Part shown: positions 54,523 to 64,000 of the stretch, piece by piece
How positions within the stretch are numbered: position 1 is the first letter of the stretch
How the letters are laid out: each line of letters begins with the position of its first letter
Source of the DNA: Candidatus Eiseniibacteriota bacterium
Lineage (GTDB): Bacteria > Eisenbacteria > RBG-16-71-46 > CAVPCR01
NCBI GenBank assembly: GCA_963702435.1
Contig: CAVPCR010000001.1
Coordinates: forward strand, 1-64,000
Direction of reading: 5' to 3'
Length of the DNA stretch: 64,000 nucleotides
Program-made: the position numbers and the translations under genes
The notes under the pieces: generated by a model
The model's database searches: none
The model's input: only the letters and a program-made list of their open reading frames with translations
What the model was told of the DNA's origin: nothing

Positions 54523-56496
54523 ATGCCCCCCCGCACCACCATCCGTGGCCTGATCCCGTGCCTTGTCCGCCGGCACCTTCCCATCGCTTTCATGATTCTC
54601 GTCCTTGGCGTCCCGGCGGCCGCGGCGCCCCCGCCACCGGCCGTGCCCCCGGACACCAAGATCGAGATCATCACGTCCTCATCGGGGCCACGAGGCCTCA
54701 CCGAGGGCGAACGAGCGAAGCTCGAGTTGCTCCGCCGGCGCATGACCGGCCGAAAGGGTCCAGGCGCGGGAACGGATCACGTGGCGGCGGAGGCGGGACT
54801 GGCACCGCCGGTTCCCGCTCTCGAGCTGCTCCCGGCGCCGCGATGGGATGCCGGGCCGGCCGCGGGCCTCGCGAGCCCCGCGGAGAGCGCAGCGCTCATC
54901 TGCACCTATCAGCCGATGCCGGACGATTTCATCACCGGCCTCAACTTCACGCCGGCTTACTTCTCCTTCGACCAGAACGTCGTCTACTGGAACGTGGTGG
55001 GCGTCAAGTCGAACCTCGTCTCCGACTGGGACCTCGGGGTGTGGGACGCCACCGCGCCCGATCCCGATTGCGTGGCGACACTGCTCGCCACATCGAACCG
55101 CTTCACCGGCATGGATTTCGTGGTGGGCGACTACAACCACAATCCTCTGGGCACGGACTATGCCCGCGTGAGCCGCTTCTCGGGAGCCGACATCGGAACC
55201 GTCATGTATGAAGCAGGCGCCGACATCCTGCCGGTCAACGAGCTCCGCTTCGTCTCCGCGAGCTTCCCGAGGATCCAGATCTGGGACATCTTCCTCGAGG
55301 CCGGAAGCGCCTACACCTTCTTCCTCGACATGCGACCGGAAGACGTCACCGACCTGCGCCTCTTCCTGTTCCACAACCCGGCCGCCGCCCCCTACTGGGC
55401 AGGACGCAACGCTCGCGTTCACGAGCAAGGCCTCGAATATGGTTCCTACAGCACGGGACCGGCCGATTGGTACGGCCTCGTCGTCGAGGATGAGACCGGG
55501 GCTGGGGGGGTCTACGGCATCCGCGTCAAGGACTGTTCGGGTCCGCTTCCGCTCGCGCATGGAGGAGGAGTCCTGACCCAGAATCCGGGCGATGTCTACG
55601 GCCTGACCCAGGGGGCCGGGGTCTGGGCCGGAGTGGGCGTGGCGGGGGGACCCAACACCTGGGCGGCGCAGATCTATCAGCCGGGCATCGGTGTTCCATG
55701 GCCGGCGTGCTGGGGCCCGCTCATCACCGAGGATGTGGGAACGTCAACTCGCCTCGTCCTCGGCGACTTCCGCGTCAATCCGCCCGGCACCTACCATCCG
55801 GGAGCCGTGAAGCAGGTGCTCGGCGGCGTCGGCAACGCGTACATCGAATGGGACGACGGCCGGAACAGCATTGTCGTCGACGGTCCGCCGGTCGCTCAAA
55901 CGTATGGTGAGAGCGACGTGTTCGATCTCTGGAACGTGGAGCTCACGGCGGGTGTCGAGTACACGCTCGATTTCCAGCCCGCGGGGCCTGCATCGATCAC
56001 GCTGCTCCTCTTCGGTAACCCCGGTGTGAGCCCCTACTGGCCGCAGCGCGGGAACCGGATCCTCGAGACCACGACCGCGACCACCTTCACCCCGGGAGCG
56101 TCGGGGTCGTATGCGCTGGTCGCGGTCAAGGATGACTTCCTCGTCGGGTCCTATTCGCTGGCGGTCAGGACGGACCAGACGGCAATCGTCCCGGCCGGAA
56201 GCGCGGTGCCGCCCATGACCCGTCTCCGCGCGGTGACTCCGATCCCGATGCGCAATGATCTACGGATCGATTTCGATCTGAGCGAGCCCGCTCCGGTCAC
56301 GTTCTCCATCGTGGATGTGAGTGGGCGGTCGGTCGTGGAGCTTCCGGTCGAGACCCGGCCGGCAGGGACCTGGTCCGAGCGCTGGACCGGTCGGGACGGG
56401 AGCGGCCGGCGCGTCCCCGCGGGCGCCTACTGGATCCGGATGTCCGTCGCCGGCCGGGGCGAGGTGGGTCGGCAGAAGATCATCGTGATCAAGTAG
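54523..56496 (+). CDS. Secreted hypothetical protein with internal duplication and T9SS-like/FlgD-Ig C-terminal domain
   Basis: SD AAGGAGG, signal peptide, tail IVDVSGRSV...WTGRDGSGRRVPAGAYWIR...KIIVIK. Confidence 0.8.
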   Translation: MPPRTTIRGLIPCLVRRHLPIAFMILVLGVPAAAAPPPPAVPPDTKIEIITSSSGPRGLTEGERAKLELLRRRMTGRKGPGAGTDHVAAEAGLAPPVPALELLPAPRWDAGPAAGLASPAESAALICTYQPMPDDFITGLNFTPAYFSFDQNVVYWNVVGVKSNLVSDWDLGVWDATAPDPDCVATLLATSNRFTGMDFVVGDYNHNPLGTDYARVSRFSGADIGTVMYEAGADILPVNELRFVSASFPRIQIWDIFLEAGSAYTFFLDMRPEDVTDLRLFLFHNPAAAPYWAGRNARVHEQGLEYGSYSTGPADWYGLVVEDETGAGGVYGIRVKDCSGPLPLAHGGGVLTQNPGDVYGLTQGAGVWAGVGVAGGPNTWAAQIYQPGIGVPWPACWGPLITEDVGTSTRLVLGDFRVNPPGTYHPGAVKQVLGGVGNAYIEWDDGRNSIVVDGPPVAQTYGESDVFDLWNVELTAGVEYTLDFQPAGPASITLLLFGNPGVSPYWPQRGNRILETTTATTFTPGASGSYALVAVKDDFLVGSYSLAVRTDQTAIVPAGSAVPPMTRLRAVTPIPMRNDLRIDFDLSEPAPVTFSIVDVSGRSVVELPVETRPAGTWSERWTGRDGSGRRVPAGAYWIRMSVAGRGEVGRQKIIVIK

Positions 56497-56739
56497 GCCC
56501 GGGCCGGCGTGACCGGGGGGCGATCCCGCAGGATCGTCTGGGTCCCGGCCGCAGCGGCGTTGGAGATTCGCCTGCCGAGTAAGCTGACCGGAACGCCCGG
56601 CGCCCACGTGCTCCCGCGCCCAGGCGCCCGGCACCCTCCCTCCCACGAGATCGAGCGGCTTCCCGGCGTTCGCTTGCCGCCCCCGGGACGTATTCTCGGG
56701 TGATAACCAGCCTGTAGGAGCCAAACAGAGGAGTCGACG

Positions 56740-59700
56740 ATGGCCCGTTCCCGATTGGGCGATTGCGCCCCTTTCCTGCCCGACCCCCGGCGGGCAGCCT
56801 TCTGGTTGACGATGGGCCCGGTCCTCGTCACGTTCCTCGTCATCCTGCCGCCGCGCGAGAGCACCGCGGCCGGCCGTGCCCCCTCCGGCGGAGGCGGCAC
56901 CCCGGAGGCGCTCGCGGGCCCAGGTCCGGACGGGTGGAGCACATCGCTCGCCAGCATCGCCGGGGTCCTCCCGCCGGAGACCACGCCGCTCGGCGCCCTG
57001 AGCGCGGAGCCGCTCACGACCTGGATCTACGAGTCGAACCAGGCCGGTGCGCGATTCGGATCCTCGGTCTCGACCGCGGGGGACGTCAACGGAGACGGCT
57101 ACTCGGACCTGATCGTCGGAGCGCCCACCTTCGACAACGGTCAGAATGATGAAGGCCGCGCCTTCGTCTTCCATGGTTCGGCCACCGGCCTTTCGCTCAC
57201 GCCGGACTGGGTCACCGAGTCGAACGCCGCCAGCTCGCTCTATGGACTCTCGGTGTCCGCCGCCGGGGACGTGAACGGCGACGGATTCGGCGACGTGATC
57301 GTCGGCGCACCCTTCTTCATGAACGGAGAGTCGGAAGAGGGTCGCTTCTACGTGTTCCACGGCTCGGCGGCGGGGCTTTCCACCACGCCGGCGCGGCTCG
57401 TGGAATCCAATCGAGTCGGAGCCGCCCTCGGCTGGTCCGTCTGCACGGCGGGCGACGTCAATCAGGATGGGTTCGCGGACGTGGTAGTCGGCGCGCCGCT
57501 CGACGACAATGGACTGGTCGACGAAGGGCGCGCCTATGTCTACCTCGGTTCCGCCACCGGGATTGCGGCGGCGCCGGCCTGGATCGGGGAGTCAAACGGC
57601 GTCGGGGCCCAGTACGGGATCTCGGTCTCGACCGCGGGAGACGTCAACGGGGACGGCTTCGCCGACGTGATCGTGGGCGCGGATCGCTTCGACAACGGCG
57701 AGAACAACGAGGGCCGTTCCTTCGTCTATCACGGATCGGCGGCCGGCCTCTCGACGACCGTGGCCTGGACTGCGGAATCCAATCAGAGCCAGGCGCAGTT
57801 CGCGCACTCGGTGGCGGGTGCAGGGGACGTGAACGGTGACGGCTACGCCGATGTCATCGTCGGCGCCAACCTCTACGACAACATCTTCACCGACGAAGGC
57901 CGCACCTTCGTCTACCACGGTTCGGCGACCGGGCTCGCGGCCGCCCCGGCATGGGAGACGAGCCCGAACCAGGCAGGCGCTCAGTGGGGCGCCTCGGTGG
58001 CCACCGCCGGCGACTACAACGGCGACGGCTATGCCGACATCATCCTCGGCGCGCCGTTCTTCGGCAACACGATGCCGCGGGGCGGAGCCTTCTTCCTCCA
58101 CGCCGGCACGGCCAACGGCCTCCAGACCTTCTCGATCCTGCCACTGGGATTCGACGGGCAGGCCGCCCAGTTCGGCTGCGCGGTGGGTACCGCCGGAGAC
58201 GTGGACGGGGACGGGTTGAGCGACGTCGTGATCGGCGCCAACCTCTTCGACAATGGCCAGACCGACGAGGGCCAGGCGCAGGTCCACATGGGTCGCTCGT
58301 CGGGGCTCGCCCCATTCGGTCCCTGGACCGCCGACGGCAGCGCCGCCGGGATCGAGTTCGGCACGTCGGTCGCCGGCGCCGGGGACGTGAACGGCGATGG
58401 GTATTCGGACGTCATCGTGGGCGCTCCGGGCTTCGACAACGGCCAGGTCGACGAAGGGCGGGCGTTCCTCTTCCTGGGCGGAGCGAACGGTCTCGCCGCC
58501 ACGCCGGCATGGAGCGCGGAACCCAATCTGATCAACGAGCACTTCGGATGGTCGGTCGCCGGCGCCGGGGACGTGAACGGGGACGGCTACTCGGACGTGA
58601 TCATCGGCACCAACGACAGCGACGACGGCAACCAGGAACGCGCCTTCGTCTACCAGGGCTCGCCCGGCGGGCTCGCCGCCACTCCGGCCTGGACCGGGAC
58701 AATCGTCCAGTTGAACGCCGGGTTCGGGAACGCGGTGGCAGCAGCGGGAGACGTGAATGGCGACGGCTTCGCAGATGTCCTCGTCGGAGCACCCCGCTTC
58801 GACAACGGCCAGACCGATGAAGGACGGGCGTTTCTCTACCTCGGATCGGAATCCGGGCTCTCGACCTCCCCGCTCTGGACTGCGGAATCGAACCAGGCGA
58901 CGAGCCTCTTCGGCTCAGCCGTGTCCACCGCGGGCGACGTGAATGGAGATGGGTTCTCCGACGTGATCGCCGGAGCACCCGCGTTCACCGGCGGTCAGAC
59001 CGCCGAAGGGCGAGCCTTCCTCTATCTGGGCGGCGCGGGAGGGCCGGCGGCGGTACCGGTCTGGACCGGCGAGCCGAACCAGGCGAACGCCTCCTTCGGG
59101 GGCGCGGTCGCCGGCGCGGGGGATGTGAACGGCGACGGGTTCTCGGACTTCGCCGTCGGTGCGAAGGACTATGACATCGTCGGCTCGGACGCCGGGCGAG
59201 TCTATGCCTTCCTGGGCTCCGCCACGGGGATTCCGGTGGATCCCCCCGGGATCATCGACGGCAACTCGGCCGCCGGTCATCTCGGCAAAGCGCTCAGCAC
59301 GGCGGGGGATGTCAACCAGGATGGGTTCTCGGACCTCATCATCGGTGCCGACGTCTACTTCTCTGACGGGTTCAATCGCAGCCAGGGCCGCGGAATGGAG
59401 GGCGGCGGCAACGACTGCGGGGCGATCGTCTTTCAGGGCTCGGCGAGCGGGATCCTGTCCTTTCCGTCCTGGGCGGTCGGCTTCGACCTGACCGCTTCCC
59501 GCTTCGGCGCCTCGGTCGCCGCTGCGGGGGACGTCGACGGCGATGGCTTCGGCGACGTCATCGTCGGCGAGCCCGGGTTCGACAACGTGCAGATCGACCG
59601 GGGCCGGGCTCATGTCCATGGGAACTGGTTCGATGGGCTGCCGCACATCGCGCGCCAGGCGCGGGCCGACGATTCGGCTCCGATCGCGATCCTCGGGCGC

Positions 59701-60336
59701 ACGGACTCGCCGAACGGATTCCAGCTCAAGACACTCGGCCGAACCCCGGGAGGACGCGGCCGGGTGCGGATGCACTACGAGGTGAAGCCCGCGGACACCC
59801 CCTTCGATGGGTCCGGGGTCGTCGCGGGAGCGTTCGCGATGACCGGCGCCCCGGGGGCCGGAGGGAGCACCATTCCCCTGTCGCTCCTCGCCGGGAGTCT
59901 GAATCCCGGCGTGCTCTATCACTGGCGTCTCCGCGTGGCAACCGACTCGCCGTTCTTCCCGCATTCGCGCTGGCTCTGGGCCCCCGACAACGCGCTCACC
60001 GAGGCCGACGTGCGCACCACGGCCACGACCGGCCTCGACGCGGCCGCGGCGCCGCCGGCCGCGGCATGGCTCGGCACCGGCGTCCCCAACCCCTTCACCA
60101 CGCACACCGAGATCACCTACGCCCTCCCGAACGCGGCGAAGCTTGAGCTCGCGGTCTACGATGTGAGCGGACGGAAGGTCGCCACGCTCGCCCGGGGGAC
60201 GGAGTCCGCCGGACGCCACCTCGTGCGTTGGGACGGGCGCGACGCCGCGGGGCGCGCGCTGCCGGCGGGCGTCTACTTCCTCCGGCTCGACCTCGCGGAG
60301 CATCACGAAGCGAGGAAGCTCGTCCTCGCCCGATAA
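56740..60336 (+). CDS. FG-GAP (integrin-alpha-like) repeat protein with T9SS-like/FlgD-Ig C-terminal domain
   Basis: 14 repeats of FG.SV..AGD[VY][ND][GQ]DG..D...GAP; tail PNPF...VYDVSGRKV...WDGRD...AGVYFLR. Confidence 0.93.
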   Translation: MARSRLGDCAPFLPDPRRAAFWLTMGPVLVTFLVILPPRESTAAGRAPSGGGGTPEALAGPGPDGWSTSLASIAGVLPPETTPLGALSAEPLTTWIYESNQAGARFGSSVSTAGDVNGDGYSDLIVGAPTFDNGQNDEGRAFVFHGSATGLSLTPDWVTESNAASSLYGLSVSAAGDVNGDGFGDVIVGAPFFMNGESEEGRFYVFHGSAAGLSTTPARLVESNRVGAALGWSVCTAGDVNQDGFADVVVGAPLDDNGLVDEGRAYVYLGSATGIAAAPAWIGESNGVGAQYGISVSTAGDVNGDGFADVIVGADRFDNGENNEGRSFVYHGSAAGLSTTVAWTAESNQSQAQFAHSVAGAGDVNGDGYADVIVGANLYDNIFTDEGRTFVYHGSATGLAAAPAWETSPNQAGAQWGASVATAGDYNGDGYADIILGAPFFGNTMPRGGAFFLHAGTANGLQTFSILPLGFDGQAAQFGCAVGTAGDVDGDGLSDVVIGANLFDNGQTDEGQAQVHMGRSSGLAPFGPWTADGSAAGIEFGTSVAGAGDVNGDGYSDVIVGAPGFDNGQVDEGRAFLFLGGANGLAATPAWSAEPNLINEHFGWSVAGAGDVNGDGYSDVIIGTNDSDDGNQERAFVYQGSPGGLAATPAWTGTIVQLNAGFGNAVAAAGDVNGDGFADVLVGAPRFDNGQTDEGRAFLYLGSESGLSTSPLWTAESNQATSLFGSAVSTAGDVNGDGFSDVIAGAPAFTGGQTAEGRAFLYLGGAGGPAAVPVWTGEPNQANASFGGAVAGAGDVNGDGFSDFAVGAKDYDIVGSDAGRVYAFLGSATGIPVDPPGIIDGNSAAGHLGKALSTAGDVNQDGFSDLIIGADVYFSDGFNRSQGRGMEGGGNDCGAIVFQGSASGILSFPSWAVGFDLTASRFGASVAAAGDVDGDGFGDVIVGEPGFDNVQIDRGRAHVHGNWFDGLPHIARQARADDSAPIAILGRTDSPNGFQLKTLGRTPGGRGRVRMHYEVKPADTPFDGSGVVAGAFAMTGAPGAGGSTIPLSLLAGSLNPGVLYHWRLRVATDSPFFPHSRWLWAPDNALTEADVRTTATTGLDAAAAPPAAAWLGTGVPNPFTTHTEITYALPNAAKLELAVYDVSGRKVATLARGTESAGRHLVRWDGRDAAGRALPAGVYFLRLDLAEHHEARKLVLAR

Positions 60337-60446
60337 GGCGGTGGGGAGAGAAGACCGCGGAGCGGCGGCGACGCCGAAGTCGAAGAAGCGACGACCGCGA
60401 ACGGGAGTGTCCACAAAGAGACCCGCTCCCTAGATGTGAATGGCTC

Positions 60447-60524
<78 letters not shown>

Positions 60525-60738
60525 AAGAGGTTGGATGCGGGACCGGCGCCTGGCCGCTGCGCTGCGAGGCCCGCGTGGCGCGCGGGGCGCCGCACTGAAT
60601 CGAAGCCTGACGACTATAGCGGCCGGACCGCGCCAGGGTCAACCGGCAGATCAACCGGCAGAAACGACGCGCGGGAGAGGGCCTGATCCGTGCGGTCAGG
60701 CCTCCCCCGCGCTACCTCTCCCCTCGGCTCGAACCCAT

Positions 60739-60834
60739 GCTCTCGCGTCCTGACGCGGCCCGGCTAGTGCTTCCTGAAGACGCCCTGGCTCTCGCGTCCT
60801 GACGCGACCCGGCTAGAGCTTCCTGAAGACGCCC
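60739..60834. repeat. 47-bp direct repeat (period 49) duplicating the lexA 3' end
   Basis: gctctcgcgtcctgacgcggcccggctagtgcttcctgaagacgccc and gctctcgcgtcctgacgcgacccggctagagcttcctgaagacgccc, 2 mismatches. Confidence 0.9.
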
Positions 60835-61442
60835 ACGACCTTCCCGACGAGCTGGAACGAGCGATCGCTCGAGACCGCGATCGGCGAGTAAGCCGGATTC
60901 GCCGGCTCGAGGGTGACCTCGCCGCGACGGGTGCGGAGGCGCTTGACCGTGGCCTCTTCCTCGATGATGGCGGCAACGATGTCCCCGTCGTCCGCGTGCT
61001 CCTCCCCGTTCACGAGCACGTAGTCGCCGTTCAAGATTCCGGCGTCGCGCATCGAGTCGCCGGCCACCTTGAGCAGGAAGGGCTTCTCGCCGCGCACGAA
61101 GGAGCGGTCGAGCGAGATCTCCTCGACGATGTTCTCGACGGCGAGGATCGGCTCGCCGGCCGCGATGCGACCCACGACGGGCAGGACGACCACCTGGTCG
61201 GCGTCCCGCATCCCATCCGGCCGGCGCGCCATCGGGAACTCGATCGCGCGCGAGCGCTCGCGCGTGCGCACGATCCAGCCCTTCCGCTCGAGGGCGCCGA
61301 GGTGATCGACCACGGCGCGGGTCGAGCGGAAGCTGAAGTGGGTGGCCACCTCCCTGATCGAAGGCGGATACCCGCGCGTCTGCCAGAAGCCGAGCAGGAA
61401 GTCATAGACTTCCCGCTGGCGGTCGGTCAGCTCATCTCTCAT
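60813..61442 (-). CDS. lexA: SOS repressor LexA
   Basis: LTDRQ, GYPPSIRE, HLGALERKG, cleavage site GRIAAGEP, catalytic GDSM and TVKR; SD GGAGG. Confidence 0.95.
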   Translation of the reverse strand: MRDELTDRQREVYDFLLGFWQTRGYPPSIREVATHFSFRSTRAVVDHLGALERKGWIVRTRERSRAIEFPMARRPDGMRDADQVVVLPVVGRIAAGEPILAVENIVEEISLDRSFVRGEKPFLLKVAGDSMRDAGILNGDYVLVNGEEHADDGDIVAAIIEEEATVKRLRTRRGEVTLEPANPAYSPIAVSSDRSFQLVGKVVGVFRKL

Positions 61443-61520
61443 GGCACCTCCTGTGAGCACTTCGAGAACGCGGCATGCCGGCCGGCTCATCACTCCGATG
61501 ACCGAGCTCACTCAAGTCGC

Positions 61521-64000
61521 TCAGGCCGCCCCGGCCCTGGTCTCCTCGATCGTGATGGAATCCATGTCGCGCCCGCGACCGGGCGCGATCAGGCGGACGT
61601 GGTCCTCGCCGACGAAGCCTCGCAGGTCGGCGATCAGGTTCTCATCCGGCGTCACCCCGAGCCGTGCAAGGCCGGCCGCCTCGACCGCCCCACGGAGACC
61701 CGGAGGTGACAGGACGTGGACCGGCGACCGGCCCGGGCTCCGCATGAGGCGGAGCTTGAGCGCGCGCAGGCGCCGGAATCCCGTAGGCAGGCGCAGTTCG
61801 AGCGCGGGTTGCACGACCTGGGCGAGGAGCTCGAGCGGGATCACGCTCTCGACGGCGATCTCGTTCCTGCCCTCGCGGGCGCCGACGCGGCCGTCCACGA
61901 CCACCGGCCGGCCGAGCGGCACGTCCTCACCCCCTTCGAGAAGCGCCGGCAGGAGCAGGAGCTCGACGCCGTTCTCCCCGTCTTCGAGCCGGGCGACGGC
62001 GAATCGCCGCCCGCCCCGGGTGATGAGACCGGAGAGCGTGCGAATCACCCCGACCGTGCGCACGCGGCTACCCTCGGCAGCCGCGGCGGCGCGATCGAGC
62101 CGCAGGATGCCGAAGCGCGTGAGCGCAGCCGTGTAGATCCGGGGTCGCCGCTCCGGACGGGAGAAGAGATCGAATTGCATGGCGTCCCCCGTGAGGCCAA
62201 GGCCCGGCCGAACCGCGAGAGGCAGCCGCCCGGCCCGAGCGATGGCGGAGTGCGCGAGGCGGACCGGAGGGTCCATCGCAGGAGTCGGCGCCGAGAGGTC
62301 CCGCTCCCGCCCGCCCGCCTCGTTCAGAAGCACCTTCAGGCGCTGATCCGGAATGCGGTTCCGAAGGCGGCGGACGATATCCTCCGGCCCCGCGAACGGC
62401 CCGGATGCGCGCACGCTTGCGATCACCTCGGCGGTAGCCCGATCGACACCCGGCAGATGCTGGAGACCGAGCCGGGCGAGCGCGGTCGCGGCAAACGCTG
62501 TCGTGCCCGGCGCCCTCGTCCCCCGACCGGCCGCGCCGTGCGTGCCGCTCGCTTCCGATTGCACGGCGCTCGCGTTCAGATCGGGACGGAGGACGGCAAC
62601 GTGCCGCTCCTTCGCCCACGCGCTGATACCTGGGAGCCGGTCGGGGAAGAGATCGGCGAGCGCTGCGGCCAGGGCCGCCGGTGATCGGTCAGCCAGGATG
62701 GCGAGCGCCGCCAGCGCCTCGGCGCGGGCGAGCCACGGACCCTCCGGCTCGAGATGCGGCACGATGCGAACGAGGGCCGCGAGGATCGCGTCGGTTTGGT
62801 CGGGTCGGCGGCCGGCGGCTTCGAGATCGCGGTGCACATCAGGGCGGAGCGCCGCCATCGGCGCGCCCCGCCCCTCGGCGGCGCGCACGAGCAACTCGCG
62901 CGCGGTCTCCTCGCTCAGGCCGTGCGCGAGGAGGACCCGCCAGGCATCCGCATGGAAGACGATCTCCGGACGCGCGGGCTCCGGCGGTGCGGGTGCCGGT
63001 CCCTCGGCCGTCCGCGCCGGCGTCCCCACGGGCGCGAGCTCGCGCACATGCGCAGCGGGGGCATCCGGAGCGCGACGGGCGATGACGAGCGCGCGGGCCA
63101 GATCGGCCACCGTGTGCGGCCGGCGCGCCCTGAGCAGGCGGGCGAAGGCTGCACCGCCCCGGCCGGCCAGCGGTCCCTGGAACAGGTCGGCGAGCACGTC
63201 CGCGCGGAGCGGAGCCATGCCCGCTCCGGCGAGCGCGCGGCCCGACACCTGGGCGCGCTCGAGCAGGGTAAGGGACGGGGTCGCGCTCACGCGCACGGCA
63301 AGGCCGCCGATCGCGGTCGCGTCGGCGGTGAGGCGATCGAGCTCCCGACCTGCATTCGAAAATGGCGTCCAGGCGCGAATAGTTGCGTCACCGGCGAGAG
63401 CCACGACGCGTCCGGCGAGCTGCACGGCGAGCCCGACCAGGCGGCGCGCGCCGGCCGGGGCGCGCTCGCGGGCCGCCGCGCGCCCCTCGACGAGCGCAGT
63501 GAGGCGCCGCGTCATGGCGGCGTCGTAGTCGTGCCCCTCGGCCGCGGCGAGGAAGCGCGCGGCCTCGACCGCCGTCAGGCGCCGCGCGACACGCGGTTCC
63601 CGCGCCCCGGCGATCTCGAGGAGAACGAGCGCCGCGCGGGCGCCGGCCTCCCCCATCTCGAGCTCGACGAGCGGAAGCGGCCCGTGTCCCTCGACCCAGG
63701 CCGGGGGCGCGCTCCGCGCGCCGGGAACGGCGGCGGTGAGCCCGAGGGCCCAACCCACCCAGCTGTCGCACCACCCGGGCGCCACCCCGAGGCGTACGCG
63801 ATCCCCGAGCGAGCGCAGCGTCTGGGCCAGGCGCAGGAACGGCCCGATCGCCTGCCGCCGGGCGATCGCGGCGAGCTCAGCCTCGAGGCGAGAGACCGGA
63901 GGAAGGTGGCGCTCTGCTGCGGCCGCCGCCAGCACGCGCTGCCGGAGCGCCGCGAGCTGCTCCTCGTCGGGCGTAAGATCCGCAAGCGCCGGCTCCACGA
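61521..64000 (-). CDS. Highly diverged DNA polymerase III alpha (DnaE)-like protein lacking catalytic aspartates; 5' end probably outside the window
   Basis: Collinear DnaE landmarks: RLEAELAAI, DSWVGWALGLT, RPHTVADL, VLRPDLNAS, HhH GLQHLPGVD...GPF, QFDLF, OB fold FAVARLEDG, CTD PGRSPV...VTPDENLIADLRGFVGEDHV. Confidence 0.8.
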   Translation of the reverse strand, partial: VEPALADLTPDEEQLAALRQRVLAAAAAERHLPPVSRLEAELAAIARRQAIGPFLRLAQTLRSLGDRVRLGVAPGWCDSWVGWALGLTAAVPGARSAPPAWVEGHGPLPLVELEMGEAGARAALVLLEIAGAREPRVARRLTAVEAARFLAAAEGHDYDAAMTRRLTALVEGRAAARERAPAGARRLVGLAVQLAGRVVALAGDATIRAWTPFSNAGRELDRLTADATAIGGLAVRVSATPSLTLLERAQVSGRALAGAGMAPLRADVLADLFQGPLAGRGGAAFARLLRARRPHTVADLARALVIARRAPDAPAAHVRELAPVGTPARTAEGPAPAPPEPARPEIVFHADAWRVLLAHGLSEETARELLVRAAEGRGAPMAALRPDVHRDLEAAGRRPDQTDAILAALVRIVPHLEPEGPWLARAEALAALAILADRSPAALAAALADLFPDRLPGISAWAKERHVAVLRPDLNASAVQSEASGTHGAAGRGTRAPGTTAFAATALARLGLQHLPGVDRATAEVIASVRASGPFAGPEDIVRRLRNRIPDQRLKVLLNEAGGRERDLSAPTPAMDPPVRLAHSAIARAGRLPLAVRPGLGLTGDAMQFDLFSRPERRPRIYTAALTRFGILRLDRAAAAAEGSRVRTVGVIRTLSGLITRGGRRFAVARLEDGENGVELLLLPALLEGGEDVPLGRPVVVDGRVGAREGRNEIAVESVIPLELLAQVVQPALELRLPTGFRRLRALKLRLMRSPGRSPVHVLSPPGLRGAVEAAGLARLGVTPDENLIADLRGFVGEDHVRLIAPGRGRDMDSITIEETRAGAA

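Noticed and set aside
57060..59600. Periodic DNA repeats as a non-coding array
   Set aside because: They are the coding FG-GAP blades, varying mainly at synonymous positions.
61521..64000. Calling the ORF dnaE2/imuC
   Set aside because: DnaE2 keeps the catalytic aspartates and lacks the DnaE1-type C-terminal domain seen here; no imuA or imuB is in the window.

Overview
A 64 kb, very GC-rich bacterial window. Three secreted proteins carry a T9SS-like/FlgD-Ig C-terminal domain, which suggests an FCB-superphylum lineage such as Ca. Eisenbacteria (inference). 1-5.1 kb: a response regulator divergent from a TonB receptor-YfiR-histidine kinase operon, with many frameshifts that are probably read errors. 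5.2-15.2 kb: a decaying accessory island (transposase, photolyase-like and DUF2867 remnants, a PEP-utilising dikinase, oxidoreductases) ending in a large serine recombinase whose 3' end overlaps a tRNA-Asn 3' fragment. 15.3-42.4 kb: a large phosphate-starvation region with two pstSCAB sets, three pstB genes, phoU, phoR, two phoB-like regulators, a phosphate porin, a TonB receptor with a secreted partner, Pho-box-like sites and interspersed GT4 glycosyltransferases. 42.7-60.5 kb: ctaA/ctaB, hppA, iadA, tldDE, rocD, two large secreted proteins and tRNA-Glu. The window ends with lexA, preceded by an uninterrupted DnaE-like ORF that has lost its catalytic aspartates but kept clamp-binding, HhH, OB and C-terminal modules. 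The strongest novelty candidates are this lexA-linked pseudo-polymerase and a pair of PstB ATPases with complementary degenerate motifs. All family calls come from motif recognition by eye; no database search was run.
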